This document shows, in pieces, positions 1 through 10,372 of a stretch of DNA of 64,000 bases. Location of the stretch: positions 32,001 through 96,000 of the forward strand of contig JANVYQ010000005.1 of NCBI GenBank assembly GCA_030059675.1. Reading direction: 5' to 3'. The translations under genes were made by a program, and so were the position numbers. The number at the start of each line of letters is the position of its first letter. The first letter of the stretch is position 1. Origin of the DNA: Candidatus Pelearchaeum maunauluense. Lineage in GTDB: Archaea; Thermoproteota; Nitrososphaeria_A; Caldarchaeales; Caldarchaeaceae. The notes under the pieces were generated by a model, which made no database searches, was not told the DNA's origin, and saw only the letters and a program-made list of their open reading frames with translations.

Positions 1-1
1 A

Positions 2-370
2 CGCGTTTTGAAGGTTGTATCAGCACACGATGCTGGTCGCATATTAAATCCACTAGGAGCTGAGGGCCAGGTTCATGGAGGCGTTGTCATGGGTCTAGGA
101 TACACGCTAAGCGAGGAGCTTGTTCTAGATAGGGGTAGAGTGGTCAACGCAACCCTCATGGACTACCTGCTCTTCACAAGCCACGAAGCACCAGAGATAG
201 TTCCCATCTTTGTTGAGACGGAAGACCCACAGGGCCCCTATGGGGCGAAGGGGCTGGGCGAGACAGGCTGCATACCAACACCAGCTGCGGTGGCCAACGC
301 GATATATGACGCGACGGGAAAGCGTCTTAGAGAACTGCCTATAAAGCCTTGGAACATTCTCCGTAAGTAA
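2..370 (+). CDS. Xanthine dehydrogenase/CoxL family molybdopterin-binding subunit, C-terminal part (truncated by window edge)
   Basis: Motifs HDAGRILNP..EGQVHGG, GPYGAKGLGE, PAAVANAIYDATG; frame is open from the window start. Confidence 0.9.
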   Translation, partial: RVLKVVSAHDAGRILNPLGAEGQVHGGVVMGLGYTLSEELVLDRGRVVNATLMDYLLFTSHEAPEIVPIFVETEDPQGPYGAKGLGETGCIPTPAAVANAIYDATGKRLRELPIKPWNILRK

Positions 371-399
371 ATAAAATATTTTGGGGGATGAGAGATTCT

Positions 400-1800
400 T
401 TATGAGAGGAACTGCTTAGCCACCTCAGGCACCCACGGTAATTCTTTTTGCAGTTTTTCGAGTGATTTCTTGATTTCTTCTTCTGGGTAGTGCCATGGCT
501 GTAGTCTTCCCGCTAGGTATTCTTCGTATGCCGTTAGGTCGAAGTGTCCATGTCCGCATAGGTTGAATAGTATCACCTTCTTCTCGCCTGTCTCCTTACA
601 CCGCCGCGCCTCATCAATAACATATTTGATTGTATGTGATGGCTCTGGGCCTGGTAGGAATCCCTCAGTCCTGGCGAAGAGTACCGCCGCGTCAAACACA
701 GATACCTGGTCATATGCTCTGGGCTCTATCTTACCCTCCTTCAGGAGGAGGCATAGGGTAGGCGCGTCTCCATGATACCTGAGCCCGCCAGCATGTATTG
801 GTGGTGGCACGAAGTCTGAGCCCAGTGTATGCATGGGCAGTAGTGGGGTCATCTTAGCCGTGTCGCCGAAGTCGTAGGTGTAGATGCCCTTCGTCATGGT
901 AGGACACGCGGTAGGCTCTGTAGCTACGAACTTCACATCTTTTGGCGCTTTCTTAGCAACTACATCATAGTAGAAGGGCCAGAATAGCCCTGAGAAGCTA
1001 CTCCCACCTCCTACACATCCAGCAACAACATCTGGATACTCATCAACCATCTCAAGCTGTTTCTTAGCCTCAAGCCCCTGGACGGTCTGGTGCATGAGAA
1101 CATGATTAAGCACGCTCCCTAGGCTGTAGCGCGTGTTATCATGCGTAACCGTATCCTCAAGGGCTTCGCTTATCGCTATCCCCAGGCTGCCTGGGTGGTT
1201 GGGGTCTTTCTGAAGCAGGCTCCTCCCAAAGTTTGTTTTATCGCTTGGGCTTGGGACGACCTCCGCGCCCCACGCGTGCATGAGTATCCTCCTAGCTGGC
1301 TTCTGGTTGTAGCTTATGCGCACCATATAGACGGAGCATTTTATCCCGAATAGGTTGCAGGCGAATGACAACGCGCTACCCCACTGGCCAGCGCCTGTCT
1401 CTGTTGTTAGACGCTCAATCCCCTGCTTAGCGTTATAGTATGCCTGCGCAACAGCTGTGTTAGGCTTGTGAGAACCAGGTGGGGATACGCCCTCCCACTT
1501 ATAGTATATACGCGCAGGCGTGTTGAGAGCCTTCTCTAGGCGCTCAGCCCTTATCAGTGGTGTTGGCCTCCAAATCCTATACACATCCCTAACTTCGTTA
1601 GGTATTGGTATCCACCTATCAGGGCTCAGCTCCTGCTTAATCAGCTCCTTAGCGAATATCCTCTCAAGCTTAGCAGGGTCTACAGGCTGTTTTGTTGATG
1701 GGTCTATTGGTGGTGCGAGAGGCTTAGGTAGGTCTGGCAGAATATTATACCATTCTTTCGGAATATCGTTTTCGTCTAGCGTAATTATTTTTCCTGGCAT
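400..1800 (-). CDS. trpB2: Tryptophan synthase beta chain, type 2 (stand-alone TrpB2)
   Basis: GSHKPNTA (PLP Lys), [31 protein letters not shown]; start set at ATG 1800 because TTTATAA lies about 33 nt upstream. Confidence 0.92.
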   Translation of the reverse strand: MPGKIITLDENDIPKEWYNILPDLPKPLAPPIDPSTKQPVDPAKLERIFAKELIKQELSPDRWIPIPNEVRDVYRIWRPTPLIRAERLEKALNTPARIYYKWEGVSPPGSHKPNTAVAQAYYNAKQGIERLTTETGAGQWGSALSFACNLFGIKCSVYMVRISYNQKPARRILMHAWGAEVVPSPSDKTNFGRSLLQKDPNHPGSLGIAISEALEDTVTHDNTRYSLGSVLNHVLMHQTVQGLEAKKQLEMVDEYPDVVAGCVGGGSSFSGLFWPFYYDVVAKKAPKDVKFVATEPTACPTMTKGIYTYDFGDTAKMTPLLPMHTLGSDFVPPPIHAGGLRYHGDAPTLCLLLKEGKIEPRAYDQVSVFDAAVLFARTEGFLPGPEPSHTIKYVIDEARRCKETGEKKVILFNLCGHGHFDLTAYEEYLAGRLQPWHYPEEEIKKSLEKLQKELPWVPEVAKQFLS

Positions 1801-1898
1801 GCAGAAAAACACGCCGAGTATAGGCCTTATAAACTTTTTGGAAAACGCCGTGAAAGGCTCATGAATAACGTAAGTTTTCTTCATAACTTGAATGGGGT

Positions 1899-3068
1899 AT
1901 GAACTTTAGTGAGGATGAGGATGTCCAACTCCTTAGGAGAACTATTGCTGAGTTTATGAAAGGATTTCCAGCTGAGTACTGGAGACGGCATGACTCTCTC
2001 CGCGAGTTCCCCCGCGATTTCTGGGATGCTGCCGCCAGAAACGGCTTGCTGGGCATCACGATACCTGAAGAATATGGCGGCGCTGGCCTCGGCATGTACG
2101 CTGCCGCTGTGGCGATGAACGAGGTAGCCCGTAATGGTGGAGGCCTAGCCGCTGGAGACCTACTAATGAGAACCCTGGTATTCGGGGGGCTTCTAATAAA
2201 CAAACACGCATCGCGGGAAGCTAAGGAGAAATACTTACCAAAGTTGGCTGAAGGTAAGATAATCTGCGCCTTCGCCCACACCGAGCCAAACGCTGGTGTG
2301 AATACATTTGATATTCAGACCAAAGCCGTTAAGAAAGATGGGGGCTTTGTAGTAAATGGTCAGAAGATATGGATAACCCTGGCACATATGGCTGACCTTA
2401 TTATAGGTGTTGTGCGCACAACACCTAAGGATAAGGTACAGAGGAAATCTCATGGAATTAGCCTGCTCTTGATAGATGCTAAGCAGCCAGGGGTTAAGAC
2501 CTCGCGAATTCCAGGCATGGCGCTCAGAGCCCTTCCCAGCAATCAGGTCTATTTTGAGGATGTCTGGGTTCCTGAGGAGAATGTGGTGGGCGAGGTGGAT
2601 AGGGGCTGGGAGACGCTTACTGTGTTGCTGAATGCTGAGCGTATATCCACTGCTTCCATCTCGCTGGGATGCGGTGAGTACGCTCTACAGAGAGCGGTTG
2701 AATACGCGTCTAACAGGCTTGTCTTCGGCCGCCCGATAGGGAGCAACCAAGCTATACAGTTTCCCCTGGCTGAGGCTAAGGCTGAGCTTGAGGTGGCTAA
2801 GCTGATGACCCTTAAGGCTGCATGGCTCCATGACCAAGGGCTAGATTGCGCCGTTGAGGCTAACATCGCCGCTCTCCAAGCAGCACGGGCAGCGTTCAAG
2901 GCCGCCGACAGGGCAGTACAGACATTCGGCGGCATGGGATTCGCAGAAGAAAACGACATAGAACGCGTATTCAGGGATGTTAGACTTTTCAGAACAGCCC
3001 CAGTCCCAGAGGAGATGGTCCTCAACTTCATAGCCACGCGCGCCCTCGGGCTTCCACGCTCATTCTAA
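1899..3068 (+). CDS. Acyl-CoA dehydrogenase
   Basis: [54 protein letters not shown] motifs. Confidence 0.92.
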   Translation: MNFSEDEDVQLLRRTIAEFMKGFPAEYWRRHDSLREFPRDFWDAAARNGLLGITIPEEYGGAGLGMYAAAVAMNEVARNGGGLAAGDLLMRTLVFGGLLINKHASREAKEKYLPKLAEGKIICAFAHTEPNAGVNTFDIQTKAVKKDGGFVVNGQKIWITLAHMADLIIGVVRTTPKDKVQRKSHGISLLLIDAKQPGVKTSRIPGMALRALPSNQVYFEDVWVPEENVVGEVDRGWETLTVLLNAERISTASISLGCGEYALQRAVEYASNRLVFGRPIGSNQAIQFPLAEAKAELEVAKLMTLKAAWLHDQGLDCAVEANIAALQAARAAFKAADRAVQTFGGMGFAEENDIERVFRDVRLFRTAPVPEEMVLNFIATRALGLPRSF

Positions 3069-3108
3069 GCCCTACAAACCTCTATTAATCGCGAAAAGAG
3101 AGTAGAGC

Positions 3109-5517
3109 ATGGTGCGTTTCTTGTCCTCAGCTTCGCAGTGGATTGGAAAGCCTCTAAAGACCAAGGAGGGGATACGGCACGTCCGCGGGCTTGGGAGGTT
3201 CGTTGAGGATATAATCCTGCCTAAGATGGCTTATGCGGCTCTTGTGAGAAGCCCATACGCTCACGCAAGGATAAAATCCATAGATATATCGCGTGCGGTC
3301 AAGGCGCCTGGAGTAATAGCCGTAATAACGGGTAGGGATATAGCGAGCATAACCCAGCCGTTCCCCCAGCTCACCACACCGCCAGCTTCAAATGTGAAGG
3401 ACTATAGCATGGCGGTCAATAAGGTCAGATACGTAGGAGAGCCGGTAGCTGCGGTAGTAGCCGAGTCGCGCTACGCCGCCGCTGACGCGGCGGAGCTGGT
3501 GGACGTGGAGTATGAGCTACTGCCCGTCGTAGTTGACCCAGAGGAGGCGCTTAAGGAGGATGCCCCAATACTGCATGAGGAGGCTGGCACAAACATAGCT
3601 GCCGTCGTTGATTATGATTATGGCGACTATGACGAGGCTGAGGCCTCAGCTGACAGGATAATAAGAGCAAACCTCCGTTATCATAGGTTTAGCTCAACGC
3701 CGCTGGAGCCCTTCGCAGTGCTGGCAGATTATAACAAGACGGAAGACTCCTACACGATTTACTGCAATAACCAGATGCCGATGTTCCTAATTCCCTCCAT
3801 ACTGAGAGCGCTTAATACAGGACTTGACAAGATACGCATAATAACGCAGGATATAGGCGGTGGTTTTGGTGTTAAGATTCTCAGCTACCCGTACATGGTT
3901 CTGGCTGCTGCCCTCTCCAAGCTTGTTGGCAGGCCTGTCAAGTGGGTTGAGACACGCCGCGAGCATATGATGGCCAGCTCGCATGGCGCTGACCGCCTCT
4001 TCAGGGTTGAGGCAGCGATAAAGAACGATGGAACACTACTAGGCCTGAAAACCGAGACCATAGACGATATAGGAGCATACGCCAGGCACGAGCCAGCGGG
4101 ATTAACTGTTTGGGCTCAAGTGGCCTCAGGATGCTGCCGCTTCAAACACCTACGCCAAAGGATGTATGCTGTATTCACCAACAAATGCCCAGCAGGCCCT
4201 AACAGGGGATTCGCGCGTGCGCCTCACCAATACATGATTGAACGAGTCTTAGATATGATTGCGCGTGAGGTGGGTAGGGACCCTGTTGAGGTGAGGTTAA
4301 TCAACTATGTTAAGCGTGAGGAGCAGCCATATACTACGCTTAATGGATGTGTGTATGATGACGGCGACTACATAGGTGCTGTACAGCGTGTTATGGAGCT
4401 ACTAGACTATTGGGGCTGGCGCAGGAGGCAGGAGGAGCTGCGTAAAGAGGGGAGACTAATTGGCATCGGGATAGCTACGACCCTAGACTCTGGAACTGCT
4501 AACTTCGGGCAGGTGAGGATGCTAAACCCAAGGCTGCCCAACGTTGGGACAAGCGAGGCGGCCTCGGTGCAGATGACAGGCGACGGCCGTGTAGTGGTGA
4601 AGCTAGGCTCCGTCCCCCAGGGCCAGTCGCATGAGACGGTTTCAGCGCAGATAGTTGCGGATGTCCTAGGAATGAACCCAGACCACGTTACTGTCGCTAT
4701 AGGCTTTGACTCCGAGTCCCATCCCTACACATTCCATTCAGGAACCTACGCCAGTAGGTTTGCCGGGACTGGGATGGTGGCTGTCTACGAAGCGGCTATG
4801 AAGCTCAGGGAGAAGATAAAGAAGATAGCAGCCCACCTATTGGAGGCGCGTGAGGAGGATATAGAGCTGGCTAATGAGCAAGCATTCGTGAAAGACGCTC
4901 CTGAGAGGAGCGTATCGTTTAGGAGGATAGCCCGCACAGCCTATGCGAACCCATACGAGCTCCCAGAGGGCATGGAGGCAGGCTTGTATAGCTTGAGCGT
5001 CTTCAGCCCACCCTTCAAACCACCCGACGAGAAGAAGGTTGGAAACCTAACTCTCACCTACTCATACCAGACGCATGGCATCGTGGTTGAGATTGACCCC
5101 GAAACAGGGAAGCCAAAGATACTTGATTATGTTATCGTAGACGACTGTGGGCGTGTGATTAATCCGCTGGTAGTTGATGGGCAGATACATGGAGCAGCTC
5201 TTCACGGGCTTGCTGCTGTTCTCTATGAGTCGTTTGACTATGATAGCACAGGCCAGCTTCTCACATCAACCTTCATGGACTATCTAGCCCCAACAGCGTT
5301 TGACACACCCAGCTTCAAAACCGAAAGAATATCTATACCATCTCCATTCACACCGCTGGGTGCTAAGGGAGTTGGCGAAGGATGCGGAACGCCCATACCA
5401 GCGCTAATTAACGCAATAGAAGACGCCCTCTCACCCTATAATGTACGCCTAACGAACTCCCATATAAAACCAGAAGAAATCTATTGGATAATCCGAAAAT
5501 TCAAACACCACACCTAA
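3109..5517 (+). CDS. Xanthine oxidase family molybdopterin-binding large subunit (not a true CO dehydrogenase; resembles furoyl-CoA dehydrogenase-like proteins)
   Basis: RSPYAHARI, DIGGGFGVK, QGQSHET, DDCGRVINP..DGQIHG, GAKGVGE; active-site loop GPNRGF instead of AYxCSFR. Confidence 0.88.
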   Translation: MVRFLSSASQWIGKPLKTKEGIRHVRGLGRFVEDIILPKMAYAALVRSPYAHARIKSIDISRAVKAPGVIAVITGRDIASITQPFPQLTTPPASNVKDYSMAVNKVRYVGEPVAAVVAESRYAAADAAELVDVEYELLPVVVDPEEALKEDAPILHEEAGTNIAAVVDYDYGDYDEAEASADRIIRANLRYHRFSSTPLEPFAVLADYNKTEDSYTIYCNNQMPMFLIPSILRALNTGLDKIRIITQDIGGGFGVKILSYPYMVLAAALSKLVGRPVKWVETRREHMMASSHGADRLFRVEAAIKNDGTLLGLKTETIDDIGAYARHEPAGLTVWAQVASGCCRFKHLRQRMYAVFTNKCPAGPNRGFARAPHQYMIERVLDMIAREVGRDPVEVRLINYVKREEQPYTTLNGCVYDDGDYIGAVQRVMELLDYWGWRRRQEELRKEGRLIGIGIATTLDSGTANFGQVRMLNPRLPNVGTSEAASVQMTGDGRVVVKLGSVPQGQSHETVSAQIVADVLGMNPDHVTVAIGFDSESHPYTFHSGTYASRFAGTGMVAVYEAAMKLREKIKKIAAHLLEAREEDIELANEQAFVKDAPERSVSFRRIARTAYANPYELPEGMEAGLYSLSVFSPPFKPPDEKKVGNLTLTYSYQTHGIVVEIDPETGKPKILDYVIVDDCGRVINPLVVDGQIHGAALHGLAAVLYESFDYDSTGQLLTSTFMDYLAPTAFDTPSFKTERISIPSPFTPLGAKGVGEGCGTPIPALINAIEDALSPYNVRLTNSHIKPEEIYWIIRKFKHHT

Positions 5518-5597
5518 TTAATTATGACTACTTGATTTGAAGGAACTTAGCTGTTGTTTTAAGGTTTATTATATAATCAACGCGGTATAAAATTTGT

Positions 5598-6794
5598 ATG
5601 AGCGGTTTTAGAGGTATTGCGGCAATATCTGGATATGCGGAAACCCCATTCAGTAGGGCGCGTGTTGATAAAGGGGAGCCGCGTCTAACCGCTGAGGAAT
5701 ACTATGCTTGGGCTCTTGAGCTTCTTCTAAAACAGACGGGGCTTGAGAAGAAGGACCTTACAGGCCAGGGTGTTGGGATTATAGGCTCGGAGTGGCCGCA
5801 TAGTGAGATATGGTCTGCGGAGGCTATTCAAAACCTGGGCTTAGAGCCTAAGCTCCTAGTGCGCGCAGACCACGGCGGCGCTAACGCCGCTGCGTTGCTG
5901 GTTCAGGGTGTCTTAGCAATACAAGCAGGCTACGTGGAGCATTTCCTCATGCTGGGCGCCGACACACCTCTCTCAATAACGGGCCCAGCATCAAGAACAT
6001 GGCGCTATGATGAGAACTATCTCAAGCCATTTGGAACTATGGGGCCTAACAGCTTGATAGCCATGGCTATGCGCCGCTACATGAATGACTATGGTGCAAA
6101 ACCTGAGCATTTCGGGACTGTTTCAGTAGTGCAGAGAAAACACGCGACGCTTAATCCCAACGCGTATCTAAAGACTCCGCTCACCATGGAGGACTATCTC
6201 AACTCCCGTCTAATCTCAGACCCCCTCAGGCTCTTGGATATATGCATATGGGTTAATGGTGGGTTTGCTATACTCCTCTCCTCAGCCAGCGCCGCGAAGA
6301 GAATTACCGACAAGCCCGTGAGTATTCTGGGATTCGGAGAGTGGCATAACCCAAACGCTGGCCAGCCTATGCATGATATAACCACGACAGGCGTTAAGAT
6401 TGCAGCGGAGCAGGCGTATAAGATGTCTGGAATCACCCCGCGTGATGTATCTCTCTTCCAGCCCTACGACGACTATACCGTGGCTGTCCTAATGCAGATA
6501 GAGGATGCTGGGTTCTGCAAGAAGGGCGAGGCGGGTAGATTCCTAGAGGAGAACGACATAAGCTACCAAGGCCAGCTCCCCGTAAACACTGGCGGAGGCC
6601 AGCTCTCGGCAGGCCAGGCAGGAATGGCGGGAGGTTTTCTCCATTTCGTAGAAGCTGCCAGACAGCTAAGAGGCGAAGCAGGCCAGAGACAGGTTAAGGA
6701 TGCCCGAATAGGATTGGTTACGAGCCTCGGCTGCGTCGGTTTTGAAGGTCATTTCATAAATAACTACGCGGTCGTTCTTGGAGGTGAGGTGTAG
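5598..6794 (+). CDS. SCP-x/Ltp2-type thiolase-like protein lacking the catalytic Cys
   Basis: ISGYAET, HATLNPNA, SRLISDPLRLLDIC, YDDYT, NTGGGQLS, QLRGEAGQRQV. Confidence 0.85.
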   Translation: MSGFRGIAAISGYAETPFSRARVDKGEPRLTAEEYYAWALELLLKQTGLEKKDLTGQGVGIIGSEWPHSEIWSAEAIQNLGLEPKLLVRADHGGANAAALLVQGVLAIQAGYVEHFLMLGADTPLSITGPASRTWRYDENYLKPFGTMGPNSLIAMAMRRYMNDYGAKPEHFGTVSVVQRKHATLNPNAYLKTPLTMEDYLNSRLISDPLRLLDICIWVNGGFAILLSSASAAKRITDKPVSILGFGEWHNPNAGQPMHDITTTGVKIAAEQAYKMSGITPRDVSLFQPYDDYTVAVLMQIEDAGFCKKGEAGRFLEENDISYQGQLPVNTGGGQLSAGQAGMAGGFLHFVEAARQLRGEAGQRQVKDARIGLVTSLGCVGFEGHFINNYAVVLGGEV

Positions 6795-7211
6795 ATGAGC
6801 AGCTATCCGAAGCCTCTTCCAGAGGTTACGCCGCTCACCAAGCCGTTCTGGGAAGCCAGCAAGAGAGGCGAGCTGCTCTTACAGCGCTGCAAAAACTGCT
6901 CCACATACATCTGGTATCCCCGCCACATATGCATAAACTGCGGCTCACGCGAGCTTGAGTGGGTTAAGGCATCAGGCAAGGGAAAGGTCTATTCATACAC
7001 CATAGTCAGACAGGTTATAGGAAACTCCCCAGAATTCTCAAAAGAAATACCATTCGTCGTAGCTGAGATAGAGCTAGACGAAGGCGCGCGAATATGCAGC
7101 AACATAGTAGGCGTTAAGCCTGAGGACGTAAGCATAGGAATGCCTGTTGAGGTCTTCTTTGAGGAATGCACACCAGAGATATCCCTGCCGAAATTCAAGC
7201 CAGCAAGGTAG
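6795..7211 (+). CDS. DUF35/ChsH2-like Zn-ribbon plus OB-fold protein (thiolase partner)
   Basis: PFWEA..G.LLLQRCxxC..YPR..CxxC, G.VYSYT, IGMPVEV.F; abuts the thiolase stop codon. Confidence 0.9.
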   Translation: MSSYPKPLPEVTPLTKPFWEASKRGELLLQRCKNCSTYIWYPRHICINCGSRELEWVKASGKGKVYSYTIVRQVIGNSPEFSKEIPFVVAEIELDEGARICSNIVGVKPEDVSIGMPVEVFFEECTPEISLPKFKPAR

Positions 7212-7265
7212 CTGGCCTATGAGTGGGGAATCTATATTAAGACAGCTAATGGAGTTATTCTACGC

Positions 7266-8063
7266 ATGAGCCAATACAAGCATCTTTTATATGAGAAGGT
7301 TGAAGATGCCAAAACCGCCATAATCACCTTCAACAGGCCTGAAGCGCGCAACGCCATGAATGTGGCTATGCTCACAGAGTTTTACGACGCTCTCAAAGCA
7401 TCGGCGGAAGACCCTAATGTGTGGTGTATAATAGTAACGGGGGCGGGGGATAAGGCTTTCTGCTCAGGGGGCGATGCCAAGGAGTTCCTAGCTAATGTAG
7501 AGGCTGGGAAGATATCTGAGATAGAGCGCTTCAACAGATTCAACCTTGATGTTTGGCGTTTCATGGAGAAGATGCGGAAGCCGATAATAGCGGCGGTAAA
7601 TGGGTTCTGCAATATAGAGACAATACAGGCGGTTGACTTGGTGGTAGCCAGCCAGAACGCAAAATTCGGCCTTCCAGAGGTATCAATAGGCGTGAGTCCT
7701 GGGGCGGGTATAACTGTACGGATGCCCCGTTTCCTCAGCAAATACTGGGCTAAGTATCTGCTCTTCACTGGAGAATGGATAACGGCTGAGGAGGCGTATA
7801 GGCTAGGCTTCGTGAATAAAGTCGTGCCCCATGAGAAGCTTATGGAGGAAGCCCTAAACCTAGCTAGGAAGATAGTCAAGAACGCCCCACTCGCGGTAGG
7901 CGCTACCAAGGCCTGCGTAAACCTCGGCGGCGAGATGCCGATAGACGAGGGAATGGAGTACCAGCTTAAGGAGTCAATCTTAATGTTCCACACCAAAGAC
8001 CTGAAAGAAGGAATAAAAGCTCGCTTCTACGAAAAACGAGAACCAGTATTCAAAGGCGAATAA
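7266..8063 (+). CDS. Enoyl-CoA hydratase/isomerase (crotonase) family protein
   Basis: NRPEARNA, TGAGDKAFCSGGD, KPIIAAVNG, FGLPEV, AEEAYRLGFVNKVV. Confidence 0.9.
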   Translation: MSQYKHLLYEKVEDAKTAIITFNRPEARNAMNVAMLTEFYDALKASAEDPNVWCIIVTGAGDKAFCSGGDAKEFLANVEAGKISEIERFNRFNLDVWRFMEKMRKPIIAAVNGFCNIETIQAVDLVVASQNAKFGLPEVSIGVSPGAGITVRMPRFLSKYWAKYLLFTGEWITAEEAYRLGFVNKVVPHEKLMEEALNLARKIVKNAPLAVGATKACVNLGGEMPIDEGMEYQLKESILMFHTKDLKEGIKARFYEKREPVFKGE

Positions 8064-8086
8064 ACCCCCTCAACTTCTTCTTATTT

Positions 8087-8683
8087 TTAGTAATCACCAT
8101 CACGCGCGTACGGATAGCTCCAAAGGGAGACTTGCAAAACCACCGACTTAAACCATGCATTATACATCTTCTCAACATCCTCCTGGCTATGCCCTTTCTT
8201 TGCTAGGAATGGTTTGATTGTGGCTGTTATCGGGGTATATGAACGCAATAAGATAGCGTAGCGGTATATGCTCCACACTCTCTACTCCATCGGTTCTATT
8301 CTTCCCAGACCTTTGATGCCACCGCCCAATCTCAACCTGGTAATCAAGCCAGTTCTGGTCATATTTTCTGAAGCAGGTATCAAGTATCCACTGGCAAATC
8401 TCCTCCTAACAGCCTCTAGATAGCCCTGTATAGGTTCCCCACTTCTCCTGTCGGTGAAGTAGTATACCAGATGGGGGTTTGAGCCAACCCAGCCGTACCA
8501 TAAGTCCAGTATCTCGTCAATCTGGTCCTTCAACACCTCGCCAGCCAAGCGGAGATAATGCTCATCCCCTCCACTGAACATGACGGTTTTCTTAAGTAGC
8601 TCCAACTCCTCAAGCGTTATAGGAGCTCTCATGACTTGCGGAGAACCAAATAAATAGCCAGGTATCTTATCCGTTCTGCTCAT
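8087..8683 (-). pseudogene. Protoglobin, interrupted by two compensating frameshifts
   Basis: N-term IPGY.FG...LELLKKTVMF..DE.YL..AGEVL.DQ..EILD.WYGWVGS.PHL; the middle (WILDTCFRKYDQNWLDYQVEIG...NRTDGVESVEHIPLRYLIAFIYP) is in another frame between about 8395 and 8233; C-term PITATIKPFLAKKGHS..VEKMY.AWFK..LQV.LWSYPY. Confidence 0.9.
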
Positions 8684-8785
8684 ATGAACAACGCTGTACA
8701 TGTTGTATATTAGCGGTGTAGTGAGAAATGGGTTAGGTTGTTACGAATAGCTTAAAAGGGGGCCCGTCAAGATTAGAAACCCAGT

Positions 8786-10228
8786 ATGGGTAAGACGATA
8801 TTCGAGAAAATCTGGGACGCCCACGCCCTAGCCGAAAGAGAAGACGGTCAAACGTTATTATTTGTTGACCGCCATATTACGCATGAGGTTACTTCTCCTG
8901 TTGCTTTTGATGGGCTTAGGGCTGCTGGGCGTAGGGTGAGGAGGCCTGATTTGACGTTTGCGGTTATGGACCATAATGTCCCTACTGGTGATAGGGCTTT
9001 GCCTGTTGGTGATGAGCTTTCTACCGCTCAGATGCGGGCTCTAGCTAGGAATGCGAGCGAGTTTGGAATCATGTTGTTTGATTACTATAGCCCCTGGCAG
9101 GGTATTGTGCATATTATTGGGCCTGAGCTTGGTTTAACTCTACCTGGGATAACGCTTGTCTGTGGTGATAGCCATACGGCTACGCATGGTGCTTTTGGGG
9201 CTCTGGCGCTGGGCATAGGGACTAGTGAGGGTGAGCATGTTCTCGCTACCCAGACGCTCTGGCTGAAGAAACCGAAGCAGATGGAGATCAAGCTACAGGG
9301 CAGGCTCCCTGAAAGGGTTTCAGCTAAGGATATTATACTGTGGATAATTAGGAACATGGGGACAGGCGGGGCTATAGGGCATGCGGTGGAATACACTGGC
9401 GAGGTTGTCAAGAATCTATCTGTAGAGGAGAGGATGACCTTATGCAATATGGCGATAGAAGGCGGAGCCAGGACAGCGATAATAGCACCCGATGATAAGG
9501 TGTTCAGCTACCTAAAGGATAGGCCCTTCGCACCCGGTGGTGAAGAGTGGGAGGAGGCTGTAAAATACTGGAGCACCCTAAGAACGGATAACGACGCGAA
9601 GTATGATAAATCCGTAACATTTGACGTAAGTAAGCTGGAGCCCCAGGTAACTTGGGGAACAAACCCTGCGATGACGATAAGCATAACAGAGTCAATACCT
9701 TCACCTGAAGATTTTGAAGATAAAACAACTAAAAATACTGTACAAAGAGCTTTAGAATACATGGGATTGAAGCCGGGTACACCAATTACCGATGTTAAGG
9801 TTGATGTAGTCTTCATAGGCTCATGCACCAATGCGCGTTTGTCTGATTTGATAGACGCTGCTAGGGTTGTTAAAGGTAGGAAGGTCGCCCAGGGTGTTAA
9901 GGCGCTTGTAGTCCCGGGGTCTCAGCTCACAAAGAGAAAAGCAGAACGTATGGGTTTGCATCGTATATTCATCGAAGCTGGGTTTGAGTGGCGGAACGCG
10001 GGTTGTAGCATGTGCATAGCCATGGCGCCGGGGGAAAAGGTTGACTCCGGTAAGAGATGCGCCTCAACATCCAACAGAAACTTCGAGAACCGCCAAGGCC
10101 CTGGAGCTAGGACGCATTTAGTAAGTCCCATGATGGCCGCGGCTGCAGCCGTTGAGGGACGGTTTGTAGATATACGGGAGATGGATATAGCCAGCGTAGA
10201 CGAGCTAGAGCTAACCCCGTTGTTATAA
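8786..10228 (+). CDS. leuC: 3-isopropylmalate dehydratase large subunit (bacterial-type)
   Basis: HEVTSP, DHNVPT, CGDSHT.THGAFG, FIGSCTN, GCSMC, STSNRNFENRQG. Confidence 0.96.
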   Translation: MGKTIFEKIWDAHALAEREDGQTLLFVDRHITHEVTSPVAFDGLRAAGRRVRRPDLTFAVMDHNVPTGDRALPVGDELSTAQMRALARNASEFGIMLFDYYSPWQGIVHIIGPELGLTLPGITLVCGDSHTATHGAFGALALGIGTSEGEHVLATQTLWLKKPKQMEIKLQGRLPERVSAKDIILWIIRNMGTGGAIGHAVEYTGEVVKNLSVEERMTLCNMAIEGGARTAIIAPDDKVFSYLKDRPFAPGGEEWEEAVKYWSTLRTDNDAKYDKSVTFDVSKLEPQVTWGTNPAMTISITESIPSPEDFEDKTTKNTVQRALEYMGLKPGTPITDVKVDVVFIGSCTNARLSDLIDAARVVKGRKVAQGVKALVVPGSQLTKRKAERMGLHRIFIEAGFEWRNAGCSMCIAMAPGEKVDSGKRCASTSNRNFENRQGPGARTHLVSPMMAAAAAVEGRFVDIREMDIASVDELELTPLL

Positions 10229-10372
10229 ACCTTATCACATTCATGATTCGCAGAGACGTTTAGACGCGGAGTTGGTGAAATACCCCTCATCTACCTAGCT
10301 GAGGAGATAGGGGTGGCTCTAAAACGCTCTGGTTACTCTCCATATTTATTACCTCCTCCTCGTGACAGTTCT

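Noticed and set aside
3109-5517. Aerobic CO dehydrogenase CoxL
   Set aside because: Lacks the AYxCSFR (form I) and AYxGAGR (form II) active-site loops, and no coxM/coxS is adjacent
8279-8284. In-frame TAG between two same-frame protoglobin ORFs, suggesting pyrrolysine or readthrough
   Set aside because: The conserved globin sequence across this point lies in a different frame; two indels explain it
10229-10372. Possible gene remnant (FAETFRRGVGEIPLIYLAEEIGVAL) after leuC
   Set aside because: No start codon or diagnostic motif; cannot be assigned without a database search
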